Assembly (NCBI GenBank): GCA_945906935.1
Contig: CAMDSO010000004.1
Location: 7,427-71,426 of the forward strand
Direction of reading: 5' to 3'
DNA length: 64,000 nt
Source of the DNA: Bordetella parapertussis
GTDB taxonomy: Bacteria > Pseudomonadota > Gammaproteobacteria > Burkholderiales > SG8-41
Shown here: positions 17,609-27,485 of the stretch, piece after piece
Numbering within the stretch: the first letter of the stretch is position 1
How the letters are laid out: each line of letters starts with the position of its first letter
Notes under the pieces: model-generated
Database searches by the model: none
Told to the model about the DNA's origin: nothing
Seen by the model: only the letters and a program-made list of their open reading frames with translations
Position numbers and translations under genes: made by a program

Positions 17609-18580
17609 ATGTTCAGTATTCGAAGCGCCGCTATCGTTTGCGGTACGTTGTTGTTGCCCGCCATCGCGGCCGCCCAGTCCGATCATTATCCGTCGCGGTC
17701 GGTACGACTGGTCACCCCCTTTCCGCCCGGTGGCAGTGTGGATGTGATCGCCCGCCTGATCGCGCCAAAGTTGTCCGAATCGCTGGGTAAGCCGGTGGTG
17801 GTCGACAACCGCACGGGTGCCTCGGGCAATATCGGCACCGAATTGACCGCGCGCGCGCCGGCCGATGGCTATACGCTGCTGATTAACACGCTGCCTCTGG
17901 TGACGAATATTTTCATCATGAGTCGTGTACCCTACGATCTGCAAAACGATTTCGAGCCGGTCTGCCTGCTCTCATCTTCGTCGGCCATACTCGGTGTGCA
18001 CCCGTCGTTACCGGTGCGCAATACCAAAGACCTGCTGGAGTTGGCGCGTTCGAAACGCGGCACGCTGAACTACGGCACGGCGGGTATCGGCACCAATCCG
18101 CATATTGCCGGCGAGTTGTTCAATTATCTCGGCAAGACCAACATCGTTGCCGTGCATTACAAGGGCGGCGGTCCGAGCCTGATTGCGGCGATCAGTGGCG
18201 AGGTGACGGTGACGTTCGCCAATACCCCCGAGACCATGCCTTATGTCGACGCCAAGCGTTTGCGTGGGCTAGCGATCAGCAGTCTGAAGCGGCGCGCCAA
18301 TCTGCCTGATCTGCAGACCGTCAGTGAAAGCGGTGTTCCTGGGTATGAGTTTCTGACCTGGCACGTCATCATGGCGCCCAAGGCTACGCCGCGGCCCGTG
18401 GTCACGCTGTTGAACGAGCGTCTGCGCAAGATCCTCAATACGCCGGAGCAAAGCCAGCAGTTGTTACAGAAGGGTATCGACGTCATCGGCGCCTCGCCCG
18501 AGGAGACGGCTGCGCACCTTAAGCGAGAAATGGAGAAGTGGAGCCGCGTCGTCAAGGAGCGCGGCATCCGCGCTGAGTAA
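17609..18580 (+). CDS. Bug/TctC-family substrate-binding protein
   Basis: ATG 17609 after GGAGG. Signal peptide, then DHYPSRSVRLVTPFPPGGSVD, VDNRTGASG, VHYKGGGPS, KRLRGLAI. Confidence 0.9.
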   Translation: MFSIRSAAIVCGTLLLPAIAAAQSDHYPSRSVRLVTPFPPGGSVDVIARLIAPKLSESLGKPVVVDNRTGASGNIGTELTARAPADGYTLLINTLPLVTNIFIMSRVPYDLQNDFEPVCLLSSSSAILGVHPSLPVRNTKDLLELARSKRGTLNYGTAGIGTNPHIAGELFNYLGKTNIVAVHYKGGGPSLIAAISGEVTVTFANTPETMPYVDAKRLRGLAISSLKRRANLPDLQTVSESGVPGYEFLTWHVIMAPKATPRPVVTLLNERLRKILNTPEQSQQLLQKGIDVIGASPEETAAHLKREMEKWSRVVKERGIRAE

Positions 18581-18630
18581 ACCGCCCGGCGCACCACCGA
18601 AAGCCGCTGGCGTCGCCTGATGCCAGGCGC

Positions 18631-19032
18631 TTAGCGGTGATCGCGGCCGTGTTGCGGCGTGTGACGTGTTTTGTTCTGCGCTTCACGGGGGTTGGGCGGG
18701 CGTCCAACCGTTTGGGTGTGTGCAGTAACGGCGTGAAGCGATGGGACGGTAGTGCGGACAGATGGGTGCGCGACGCGCGGTGTTTCGCGCACGACTATCG
18801 GTTGATGTACGACAATCGGTTCGCGCACTACGATCGGTTGACGCATCACGTGCGGTGCCGACTGGACGATGGTGCTGCGTTCGACATAACGCGGTGGCAG
18901 GGCGTAAAAAATGTGCGCTGGTTGATAGTAGACCGGTGTCGGCTGGTAATACGCGTTTTCATAGACCGGCAATTCAGCGCAACCCGCAACGGTTAGCAAG
19001 GCGGCGGTGGCGGCAAGCAGCGTTCTCATCAT
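18631..19032 (-). CDS. Small lipoprotein with PIVV(R/H)(E/Q) tandem repeats
   Basis: MMRTLLAATAALLTVAGC has a lipobox (L-T-V-A-G-C). Tyr/Pro-rich, with QPIVVREPIVVHQPIVVRE. I recognise no family. Confidence 0.55.
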   Translation of the reverse strand: MMRTLLAATAALLTVAGCAELPVYENAYYQPTPVYYQPAHIFYALPPRYVERSTIVQSAPHVMRQPIVVREPIVVHQPIVVRETPRVAHPSVRTTVPSLHAVTAHTQTVGRPPNPREAQNKTRHTPQHGRDHR

Positions 19033-19256
19033 TGTCTCCCCGGATCTGCCGCCTAGAAAACGGGCGGGCGTGCTTATTTAACGCTGCGGTCGCGTTTTAC
19101 GGTCCGTGCAAGATGTAAACTTTTGTAACAACGCTGCACTTGGCGGCGCCTAAGACGACAAGGGCACCAAGTTGCCCACGCCTTGAGCCCTATCGAAGAG
19201 TAGGGGCGGCATCAATAACTGATGTAAACGAGTGAATTATCAGAGGGGGGGCAGGC

Positions 19257-19640
19257 ATGTTTCAGGACGCAACGGCGCTCGATACCGCCGGCAGGTTATG
19301 CATTGTATTTTTCTTTTTGGCGGCCGCGATAGGCAATATGACGCCACAGAAAATCAAGGATCATATTGACCGTATGGCGGCGGCCCACACGCCGCTGCCG
19401 AAGCTGGCGTTCTGGTTCGGTATTTTTCTACAATTTTCGGGTTGCGCGCTGTTGCTCAGCGGCTGGCATGCCGATATCGGCGCCTGGTTTTTAATTGTAT
19501 TTACGATTGCGGCGACGGCGATCTTTCATCGCTTTTGGCAGGTCAGCGATCCGATGCGACGCAATATTGGCCGCATCATGTTCCTGAATAACACGGCTAT
19601 TCTTGGCGGCTTGTTCTTGCTGTTGCAGAACGTGCGATGA
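19257..19640 (+). CDS. DoxX family membrane protein
   Basis: 127 aa with about 4 hydrophobic helices. FHRFW and FLNNTAILGGLFLL resemble DoxX signatures. Its stop overlaps the next start (ATGA). Confidence 0.65.
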   Translation: MFQDATALDTAGRLCIVFFFLAAAIGNMTPQKIKDHIDRMAAAHTPLPKLAFWFGIFLQFSGCALLLSGWHADIGAWFLIVFTIAATAIFHRFWQVSDPMRRNIGRIMFLNNTAILGGLFLLLQNVR

Positions 19641-20656
19641 ATTGGATGCCTGAGATGCATCTATCCCGCGATCTGCTGCGCGCTTCACGGACTATGGGCT
19701 GGCGCGTCGCGGGCGTAGTGGCTTGCGCGTTTACGGTTGGCAATGCGTTGGCGCAGAATTTTCCAGCGAAGGTGGTGCGTTACGTCGTGCCGTTCACCGC
19801 TGGCAGCGGGGCTGATACGCTGGCCCGCATCGTCGTGCCCGGCATCGGACAGGTACTCGGTCAGCAGGTGATTGTCGACAACCGCGGCGGTGCGGCGGGC
19901 AATATCGGTGCCGAGCAGGCGGCACGTGCCGCGCCCGATGGCTATACGCTGATGCAGGCGGGGATGCCGCTGGCTGCCAATATGAGTCTCTACAAAAATC
20001 TAAGCTACGAACTGTCGCGCGATTTCACCGCGGTTTCCCAGTTGGTGCAATCGCCGAACATGCTGGTGGTGCATCCCTCGTTGCCGGCGAAATCGGTCAA
20101 GGATCTGATTGCGCTGGCGAAGGCGAAGCCCGGTGCGATTAATTATTCCTCCTCTGGCGCAGGTTCGACGATTTACCTGTCATTCGAATTTTTCAAGGGC
20201 ATGGCCGGAGTTGATATCGTGCATGTGCCCTACCGTGGTGGCGCCGAAGCGGTGACCGCCATCGTCTCGGGTGAAACCTCGGTGAGCTTTCTGCCGCTCG
20301 CCACCGCCCTGCCACAGACGCGTCAGGGCCGCTTGCGCGCGCTGGCGGTGTCGACCGCGAAACGGGTGCCGTCATTGCCGGAATATCCGACGCTGGCCGA
20401 GGCGGGCGTACCAGGTTTTGAATTCGCCACCTGGTACGGTGTGATGGCGCCGGCAAAAACGCCGCGCGAAATCATCGCTGTTTTGCAGGCGGCGACGGTG
20501 GCGTCGTTGCGCAATCCCGAGGTGCTGCGCCGCCTCAATGATTTGGGATACATCACGGTGGGCGATACGCCCGATGTTTTTCAGGCTTACGTCAAATCTG
20601 AGGTCGAACGGCTCGGCAAACTGATACGCGCCTATAAGCTGGCGGTTGATGGCTGA
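19637..20656 (+). CDS. Bug/TctC-family substrate-binding protein
   Basis: ATGA overlap with the DoxX gene. AQNFPAKVVRYVVPFTAGSGAD, VDNRGGAAG, HVPYRGGAEA, GRLRALAV. An alternative start is ATG 19694. Confidence 0.88.
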   Translation: MNWMPEMHLSRDLLRASRTMGWRVAGVVACAFTVGNALAQNFPAKVVRYVVPFTAGSGADTLARIVVPGIGQVLGQQVIVDNRGGAAGNIGAEQAARAAPDGYTLMQAGMPLAANMSLYKNLSYELSRDFTAVSQLVQSPNMLVVHPSLPAKSVKDLIALAKAKPGAINYSSSGAGSTIYLSFEFFKGMAGVDIVHVPYRGGAEAVTAIVSGETSVSFLPLATALPQTRQGRLRALAVSTAKRVPSLPEYPTLAEAGVPGFEFATWYGVMAPAKTPREIIAVLQAATVASLRNPEVLRRLNDLGYITVGDTPDVFQAYVKSEVERLGKLIRAYKLAVDG

Positions 20657-21392
20657 TCTCGGTGTTTCCGAAATCGCCTACTGTGTGCTGGTGATGCTGC
20701 TGGCCTATGGGCTACGCGGCAGCACCGGTTTTGGCGGTGCGCTAGGCATGCCCTTGCTTGCACTCGTGTTGCCGATCAAGGTGCTGGTTCCGGTGTGGAC
20801 GCTGCTGGGCTTTGCCTCGTCGGCCGCCATCCTCGGCCGCGACCGCAAACACATTGATTACCGCGCCATGATCGCCTTCATGCCGTGGTGCACGGTGGGC
20901 ATCGTCGTCGGTCTTTATTTTTTCAAGTCGCTTGACGGTCGTATCCTGACGCGCGCGCTCGGCGTGGTGGTACTGCTCTATGCGTTGCAATCACTCGTTG
21001 CGTTGATGCGCCCCGCTGCCATGCCGTCGTGGTTGCGTCGCGCGATTGAACCGTTTGCCGGCATACTTTCGGGCGGCGTGGGTACCATGTTCGGCTCGAT
21101 GGGCAGCATCTTTTTCGCCATGTATCTTGATGCGCGCGCAGTGGCCAAGGATGCGTTTCGTGCGACCACCTCGGCAATGCTGTTATTGCTGTGTATTGCG
21201 CGCGGAGTCGGTTATTACGCCGTTGGTGAATTCACGCTCGAGGCGTGGAGCATGTTCGCAGCGGCGTTTCCTCTGATGCTGGCCGGCATTTATGTCGGCG
21301 ACCGCATACAGGTCAATATCAGCGAGCGCGCGTTTCGCAAGCTGGTTTGCGTGACGCTGTTTGTCTGCGGGATACCGCTGCTATTCAAATAA
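20649..21392 (+). CDS. TauE/SafE (DUF81) family anion permease
   Basis: ATG 20649 overlaps the Bug stop by 8 nt. Polytopic membrane protein with GLRGSTGFGGALGMPLLAL. Length of about 247 aa is typical of the family. Confidence 0.8.
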   Translation: MADLGVSEIAYCVLVMLLAYGLRGSTGFGGALGMPLLALVLPIKVLVPVWTLLGFASSAAILGRDRKHIDYRAMIAFMPWCTVGIVVGLYFFKSLDGRILTRALGVVVLLYALQSLVALMRPAAMPSWLRRAIEPFAGILSGGVGTMFGSMGSIFFAMYLDARAVAKDAFRATTSAMLLLLCIARGVGYYAVGEFTLEAWSMFAAAFPLMLAGIYVGDRIQVNISERAFRKLVCVTLFVCGIPLLFK

Positions 21393-21410
21393 CAGCGTGC
21401 GTTTTCCCTG

Positions 21411-22292
21411 TTAGAGCGACTGTGCGGCGAAGGTGTCGCAGGCTTTAACGCTACCGGTCTCGAAGCCTGTGCTGAACCAGCGCTGGCGCTGCTTCGACGA
21501 GCCGTGGGTGAACGAATCGGGTACTACAGCGCGGCCGGCCGAACGTTGCAACGCATCGTCGCCGATGGCGTTGGCCGCGGTGAGCGCTGCCGCGACGTCG
21601 CCGGCTTGGATGAAAGGACGGCGGCGGTTGGCGTGATGCGCCCATACGCCGGCAAAACAGTCGGCCTGCAATTCGACGCGTACCGAGACACGGTTGTACT
21701 GGGCGGCGCTCAAGCGCGCGCGCAGGTCTTCGGTTTTGCGCGTGACACCGAGCTGCTTTTGCACATGGTGGCCGATTTCATGCGCGATCACGTAGGCGCG
21801 TGCGAAGTCGCCGCCGGCATGAAAGCGCCGTGCCATTTCATCGAAGAATCCGAGATCGAGGTAAACCTTCTGGTCGCCCGGACAATAGAACGGGCCCATC
21901 GCCGATTGCCCGCTGCCGCAGGCGGTGGGTGTCGAGCCGCGAAACAACACCAGCGTCGGCGGCTGGTATTGCGCGTTGTTGCGCGCGAACAATTCGCCCC
22001 AGGTGTCTTCCGTCTTGGCGAGGATTTTTTTCATCTCGCTGACCCTGACGCGCTCGTGATCGGCGGCCGCATCGATGCCCCGCGCACCACTTTGCGTTGC
22101 GTGTTGGCTGGCGCCGTTTTGCACGGTCTCAACCAGCCCCAACAGCGTACCCGGGTCGATGCCGAGAAAATAGCTGGCGATAAGCGCGACGGCGATGCCG
22201 CCGATGCCGACGCCACCGGCGCGGCCGTAACCACCGCCGCCGCCGCGGCGGTCTTCGACATAGCTACTCTCGCGTTCGTCATCGATCTGCAT
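21411..22292 (-). CDS. ypfJ: YpfJ-type putative neutral zinc metallopeptidase
   Basis: Gly-rich N-terminus plus a TM helix (RRGGGGGYGRAGGVGIGGIAVALIASYFLG). HEIGHHVQ zinc motif. ELQADCFAGVW. Confidence 0.85.
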   Translation of the reverse strand: MQIDDERESSYVEDRRGGGGGYGRAGGVGIGGIAVALIASYFLGIDPGTLLGLVETVQNGASQHATQSGARGIDAAADHERVRVSEMKKILAKTEDTWGELFARNNAQYQPPTLVLFRGSTPTACGSGQSAMGPFYCPGDQKVYLDLGFFDEMARRFHAGGDFARAYVIAHEIGHHVQKQLGVTRKTEDLRARLSAAQYNRVSVRVELQADCFAGVWAHHANRRRPFIQAGDVAAALTAANAIGDDALQRSAGRAVVPDSFTHGSSKQRQRWFSTGFETGSVKACDTFAAQSL

Positions 22293-22323
22293 GGTTTTTT
22301 GCGGCGGGTTACGGGGGCGGCAT

Positions 22324-23292
22324 TTACTCGACGCGTATGCCCTGTTGCTTGATCAGTTTGTCCCACAATTCGAAATCTTTTTTAAGAAATGCGGCGAGTG
22401 CCTCGGGGGTGCCGATGGCGCCAGTGTCGATGCCTTGGCTAGCCAGACGGTCCTTGATCTCGGGCATTTCTTGCGTGCGGCCGATGTCATGGGCGAGGCG
22501 GTTGATGATCTCGCGCGGCGTGTTGGCTGGCGCAAAGAAGGCGAACCACGCAAACACATCAAAACCCGGATAACCCGATTCAGCCACACTCGGCAGGTTC
22601 GGCATGCCCGACCAGCGCTTCTCAGTGGTGATTGCAATCGCCCGCAGCTTGCCGGAATCGACATGCGGTTTGGAAACGATGGGCGCGGTAAAGCTCACCA
22701 TCACATGACCGCCGATCTGGTCGACCATCAACGGACCCGCGCCCTTGTAATGCACGGTCAGCACATCGGTGCCGGTGCGCGAGCGGAACAGCTCGCCGGC
22801 CAGATGCGTCGGCGTGCCGGGGCCGGGCGTGGCAAAGGTCATCTGCCCCGGTTTCGCCTTGGCCAGCGCGATCAGCTCCTTCACATTGCGTGCGGGCAGC
22901 GCCGGATGCACGACGATCATGTTCGGTGAGGTCGCCCCCATGGCGATGGGCGCAAAGTCGCGGAACGGATCGTAGGGCAGCTTGGTATAGAGGCTGAGGT
23001 TGGTGGTTAGTGAGTTGTTGGCGATGAACAGCGTGTAACCGTCGGCGGGCGCTTTTGCTGCGAACTCTGCGCCGAGATTGCCGCCGGCGCCGGCGCGGTT
23101 GTCGATGATCAGGTTTTGCCCGAGCAGCGACGGCAGTTTGACGTTGATGGTGCGGGCAACGATGTCATTGCCGCCGCCGGGCGGGAAGGGCACGATCAGC
23201 CGGATCGGTTTGTTCGGGTAGGCCTGCGCGAATGATGGTGTGTTGCCGGTGGCGGCAAGTGTTGCTATTGCAGACATGGCAACGACGAACAA
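22324..23292 (-). CDS. Bug/TctC-family substrate-binding protein
   Basis: AQAYPNKPIRLIVPFPPGGGND, IDNRAGAGG, VHYKGAGPL, GKLRAIAI. Confidence 0.9.
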   Translation of the reverse strand: MFVVAMSAIATLAATGNTPSFAQAYPNKPIRLIVPFPPGGGNDIVARTINVKLPSLLGQNLIIDNRAGAGGNLGAEFAAKAPADGYTLFIANNSLTTNLSLYTKLPYDPFRDFAPIAMGATSPNMIVVHPALPARNVKELIALAKAKPGQMTFATPGPGTPTHLAGELFRSRTGTDVLTVHYKGAGPLMVDQIGGHVMVSFTAPIVSKPHVDSGKLRAIAITTEKRWSGMPNLPSVAESGYPGFDVFAWFAFFAPANTPREIINRLAHDIGRTQEMPEIKDRLASQGIDTGAIGTPEALAAFLKKDFELWDKLIKQQGIRVE

Positions 23293-23345
23293 GATACGGT
23301 TTATGGTGTTTCTCCTCGCGTGTTTTTTTCTGCGTATCTGACGTG

Positions 23346-24032
23346 CTAGGTGCGCTTGATGATGCGCGGCATCTTGTCGGTGCCCTTCGGCGTGCCCTTA
23401 AGTGCAGACCATTCCGGACGCGCGACGTTGATGATTTCACCGAGCTGCGCATAAGCCGAACCGGAAAGGCGGCAGGCCGGGTCAAGCAGACGCGGATCAA
23501 TGCGCCCGTTTTTCCATACCGATTTGCTGACATGGGCATGGACGATACGTCCGAGCACGATGTGCGTGTTGTTATCGTCGACGATTTGCATGACCTTGCA
23601 TTCGAGATGTGCTTTGGCTTCGCCGACGCGCGGCGGGCGCACTTTGGCGGCCGCCACCTTGGTCAGACCCGCCCATTCGAATTCATCCTCTTCCGGCGGA
23701 AAATTGCCCGACGAAAAATTCATCTGCTCGATCAGATCCATCGAGACGATGTTAACGACGAACTCCGGTATCTTGCGCAGGTTGCTGATGTTGTCTTTTT
23801 CACCGGTTGAACCGAAGGCGCAATAGAAAGGATCGCTGCCCATCAGGTTGAAATAGGAATAGGGCGAGACGTTGGCGACGCCATTTTCCGAAATCGTCGA
23901 GATCCAGCCGATCGGGCGCGGGATTACCATGCCGGTCATCAGTTGGTAGAAGTGACGTTCCTGAAAATCCTCGGGACCTACGTCAAGATCGCGATCGAGT
24001 GTTTCGGGCGGAGCAGCATGCGAACCGGCCAT
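23346..24032 (-). CDS. Flavin reductase (FMN-binding split-barrel) family protein
   Basis: FYQLMTGMVIPRPIGWISTISENGVANVSPYSYFN, followed by EFVVNIV..HLECKV. This is a flavin_reduct domain pattern. Confidence 0.85.
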   Translation of the reverse strand: MAGSHAAPPETLDRDLDVGPEDFQERHFYQLMTGMVIPRPIGWISTISENGVANVSPYSYFNLMGSDPFYCAFGSTGEKDNISNLRKIPEFVVNIVSMDLIEQMNFSSGNFPPEEDEFEWAGLTKVAAAKVRPPRVGEAKAHLECKVMQIVDDNNTHIVLGRIVHAHVSKSVWKNGRIDPRLLDPACRLSGSAYAQLGEIINVARPEWSALKGTPKGTDKMPRIIKRT

Positions 24033-24177
24033 GATTGCCTTTCAATAAATTCATTGGGAATAGAAAAATGTTAACACAGGGGCGGGGTGAAGCCGCCCGA
24101 TTGGAGTAATCAGTTTGCTTTAGGAGCTGCACTGTGGACCATTCAACATCGTTACGCCTGCGCGATGCGCGCCCTGC

Positions 24178-24528
24178 TCATTGGGCATCAAGATGAATAC
24201 CGGTCGACTTGATCACACGCGCCCATTTTGTGGTGTCGTTTTGGATTAGCGTGGCGAAGGTCTCAGCGCTGTCTGCCGCCGGTTGATTGCCCTGACGGAT
24301 ATAAGCGTCGCGCAGTTCGGTGTTTTTTAATGCGTCGATGGCCACCGCGTTGAGTTTGCGCACGCTATCAGCGGGGGTTTTGGCCGGCGCGAGCAAACCC
24401 CAGAACGAAGTGGCCTCGTAACCCGGTAGGCCTGCTTCAGCGATGGTGGGAACCGACGGCAGAGCCACCGAGCGCGCAGTGCCGGTGACGCCCAGTGCCT
24501 TGATTTTTTCGCTTTGGATATGTTCCGC
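24178..24528 (-). pseudogene. 5'-truncated Bug/TctC gene remnant (C-terminal ~116 codons only)
   Basis: The frame opens just after stop 24529-24531. It reads ..KIKALGVTGTARSVALPSVPTIAEAGLPGYEATSFWGLLAPAKTP.. to a normal family C-terminus. The N-terminal two thirds are absent, and the upstream gene ends at 24577. Confidence 0.75.
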
Positions 24529-24576
24529 CTACGCCATCCCCGCTGGCGCGCGGCGAGGCGGCGTGTGGCATCCTGG

Positions 24577-24948
24577 CTAGTTGATCTGGCGGTAGAAGCG
24601 CTCGTCGTAGAGGCTGCTGCGCATGGGGGTCAGGGTTTCGCGGAATTCTTTGGTGCGTGCGGCGCCGGCATGTGCGGCTGCCGCAGTCTTGTCTTTCCAT
24701 GCCTCCAGAATTGAAAACTGGTCGGCTTGGCCGATGCGTTGCAAGACTTCAAAGCGCAGGTTGCCGTCTTCCTTGTTGCTCGTATCGCTGAGTTTGCGTG
24801 CCAGTGCGCGCACCTTGTCCTTGTCGGCAAAATTCGTTTCAAAATAACTCACGATATAAGCGGTGTCGCCGTCCGCAGCGCTTGCGCTATGCACGTAGCC
24901 CACAGACAACAAAGCAACTGCGATGAGCAGGCGTGAAAATTTCAGCAT
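24577..24948 (-). CDS. Secreted ABM (antibiotic-biosynthesis-monooxygenase-like) domain protein
   Basis: Signal peptide MLKFSRLLIAVALLSVGYVHSASA. The remaining ~95-aa domain has the pattern YIVSYFE...FEVLQRIGQADQFSILEAWKDK. Confidence 0.5.
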   Translation of the reverse strand: MLKFSRLLIAVALLSVGYVHSASAADGDTAYIVSYFETNFADKDKVRALARKLSDTSNKEDGNLRFEVLQRIGQADQFSILEAWKDKTAAAAHAGAARTKEFRETLTPMRSSLYDERFYRQIN

Positions 24949-25149
24949 GGTTCCCGTGTGTGATGGATCGATTCGATCGACAGCCCCGGATTTTCTGGTG
25001 ACCGGTGGTTATGCTAGGCAGGCGTGATCAGAATGCAAGCGTAATATCAGTGATGATTAAATTGCGCTTGGAATGAAAAGTTGCACTGCGAAGGATTTGC
25101 GGAGCTTTTGTGGCAGGGAGCCCGGCGATACACATCGCCTGTCGTCTCG

Positions 25150-26112
25150 TTACTCCACTTTGACGCCGGCCAGCTTGATCGCCAGTTTCATTTTTTCGAG
25201 CTGTGTTTTGATATGTGCGCCGTATTCCGCAGGCGTGCCGCCGATCGGTTCGGTGCCGACACCGGCGAGGCGTTCCTTGAATTCAGCGCTCTTGATCGCC
25301 TGGTTCTGGCCGGCGTTGAGTTTCTGAATAATTGCGCTATCGGTTTTTGCCGGTGCCACCAGACCGTACCACCCCGACCATTCATAACCGGGCACCGATT
25401 CGGCGACGGTGGGAATGTCGGGTGCGAGTGCGCTGCGGCGGCTAGAGGTGACGCCGATTGCCCGCACCTTGCCGGCTTTTACCGCCGGCAGCACCAGTGG
25501 TGCTACCAATACCGTCATCTGGATTTGTCCCGCCATGGTGTCGGTGAGCGCGGGCGTTGTGCCCTTGTAAGGCACGTGCAACAGATTGATGCCGGTCATG
25601 CTCTTAAATACTTCAGTCGCCAGATGCGGCGCCGAACCCGAACCGGCCGAACCGTAACTCAGGCTGCCCGGTTTGCTTTTCGCCAGCGCCACCAGTTCTT
25701 TTACACTGCTGGCTGCCACTGTGGGATTGACGATCACAAAGTAGGGCGCCGAAGCGAGCAGACTGATCGGCGCGAAATCGTTGACCAGATCGTAGGGTAG
25801 TTTATCGAACAACGCGACTACGTTTGGTTGCTGCGAGGTGATCATCGCCAGCGTATAGCCGTCAGGTGCGGCGCGCGCAGCGATTTCAGAGCCGATGTTG
25901 CCGCTGGCGCCGGCACGGTTGTCGACCACCACCTGCTGACCCAGCGATTCAGACATCTTTGCCGCGATCAGGCGGGTGACGATGTCTGCGCCTGAGCCGG
26001 GCGTGTTCATGACGATGATGCGCAGCGGTTTAGTTGGATATTGCTGGGCAACCACGCTGGTGACAAACGTCAACATTGCGGCGGAGTACACCGCGACCGA
26101 TTTAAATCTCAT
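25150..26112 (-). CDS. Bug/TctC-family substrate-binding protein
   Basis: ATG 26112 after GAGGAGAAG. AQQYPTKPLRIIVMNTPGSGAD, VDNRAGASG, HVPYKGTTPA, GKVRAIGV. Confidence 0.9.
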   Translation of the reverse strand: MRFKSVAVYSAAMLTFVTSVVAQQYPTKPLRIIVMNTPGSGADIVTRLIAAKMSESLGQQVVVDNRAGASGNIGSEIAARAAPDGYTLAMITSQQPNVVALFDKLPYDLVNDFAPISLLASAPYFVIVNPTVAASSVKELVALAKSKPGSLSYGSAGSGSAPHLATEVFKSMTGINLLHVPYKGTTPALTDTMAGQIQMTVLVAPLVLPAVKAGKVRAIGVTSSRRSALAPDIPTVAESVPGYEWSGWYGLVAPAKTDSAIIQKLNAGQNQAIKSAEFKERLAGVGTEPIGGTPAEYGAHIKTQLEKMKLAIKLAGVKVE

Positions 26113-26324
26113 TACTTCTCCTCTGATCATTCTGTAGGTCTTTTTCTAGCTTCCCTGCATGAATTACCGCCAAGGGAAGGCGACCGTCGATCACGGTGTA
26201 CATTGTAACGCGCCATATTAGTCGTCGATGCGTCGGACATGAAGCAGCGCCCGCATCGCAGTAGAATCTGGTTATCCAAGCGGCCACGCCAAGAGCCGCC
26301 AGCCAATAATCCGGAGGGGCAGGC

Positions 26325-27290
26325 ATGCGAACAGGAATTCCGCGCGCGATCGTTGTGCTGCTGTGTACGATGAGCGTTGCAGCAATGGCGCAACAGTTTC
26401 CGTCCAAACCGATCCGTATGGTGGTGCCGTTTCCGCCGGGCGGTAGTGTCGATACGGTCGCCCGTTTGATTGCGCCAAAAATGTCCGAAACGCTGGGTCA
26501 AAGCGTGGTGCTCGACAATCGTGCCGGGGCATCGAGCAACATCGGCATGGAGGCGGTGGCGCGTGCCGCGCCCGATGGCTATACCTTGTTGATCAATACC
26601 GTGCCCATCGTTGCCAATCCGGCGCTGTTTCCGAACATCACGTTCAACCCGCAGCGCGATTTCGCGCCGATATCGATTGCGGTCGACGGAGCAAGTATTC
26701 TGTTTGTGCATCCTTCCGTACCGGTGAAAAATGTAAAGGAACTCATCGCGCTGGCCAAAGCGCGTCCGGGCACGTTGAAGTTCACCTCTTCGGGGGCCGG
26801 CACGCTGCCGCATCTGGCAACCGAACTGCTGCGTTATATGACGAAGATTGATCTGGTGCACGTGCCTTACAAGGGCGGCGGGCCGGCGATGATCGCGCTG
26901 ATTTCCGGCGAATGTGATCTGTCGATGCAGACGCTGGTATCGGCCGGCGGTTACATCAGCTCGGGTCGTTTGCGCGCGCTGGCGGTGACAAGCAAAAAGC
27001 GCCTGGATGCTATTCCTGCCGTGCCGACCATTGCTGAATCCGGTGTTCCCGGCTATGAGTTCAATACCTGGGTTGGTGTGCTGGCCCCTGCGGCCACACC
27101 GCCGGCCATCATCAAGCTGCTCAACGAACATGCCGTCAGGGCAGCACGTTCACCGGAAGTCACGGAACGCGTAACCCGCGAGGGTGCCTCTGTCATCGCA
27201 AGTTCTCCGGAAGCCTTCAGGGCCACGATTACCACCGATACCGCGCTGTGGAGCAAGGTGATCCGCGAGATGAATATCAAGGCGGATTAG
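26325..27290 (+). CDS. Bug/TctC-family substrate-binding protein
   Basis: AQQFPSKPIRMVVPFPPGGSVD, LDNRAGASS, HVPYKGGGPA, GRLRALAV. Confidence 0.9.
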   Translation: MRTGIPRAIVVLLCTMSVAAMAQQFPSKPIRMVVPFPPGGSVDTVARLIAPKMSETLGQSVVLDNRAGASSNIGMEAVARAAPDGYTLLINTVPIVANPALFPNITFNPQRDFAPISIAVDGASILFVHPSVPVKNVKELIALAKARPGTLKFTSSGAGTLPHLATELLRYMTKIDLVHVPYKGGGPAMIALISGECDLSMQTLVSAGGYISSGRLRALAVTSKKRLDAIPAVPTIAESGVPGYEFNTWVGVLAPAATPPAIIKLLNEHAVRAARSPEVTERVTREGASVIASSPEAFRATITTDTALWSKVIREMNIKAD

Positions 27291-27485
27291 CCAAGGCGGG
27301 CCAGGCGCGATAATCGAAGCCCATCGTGACCGCGTTGGATGCTGGCTCGCCGTACTTTCCGTTAACTAATAATTCGCCTCGCCTTTTTATCACCGTCCCG
27401 GCTTTGATTCGAAAGCAGGCTAAGGCAGCCGCTAACGAAGTGGGCCGAAGTTGCCGGGACGCTTGAGATCAAATGGCTTCAGGGT

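Noticed and set aside
26127-27131. Long ORFs antisense to confidently assigned genes. Examples: 26127-27131(-), 31738-32718(-), 58507-59517(-), 8741-9658(-), 6299-7201(-), 43257-44111(-), 45125-45838(-), 21504-22352(+), 48874-50037(+), 41262-42161(+), 35698-36624(+), 33672-34313(+), 25081-25800(+), 22291-22929(+), 61943-62545(+).
   Set aside because: They are typical high-GC shadow ORFs. They are Arg/His/Gly/Ala-rich with no family motifs, no RBS or signal features, and each fully overlaps a gene with strong family signatures on the other strand.
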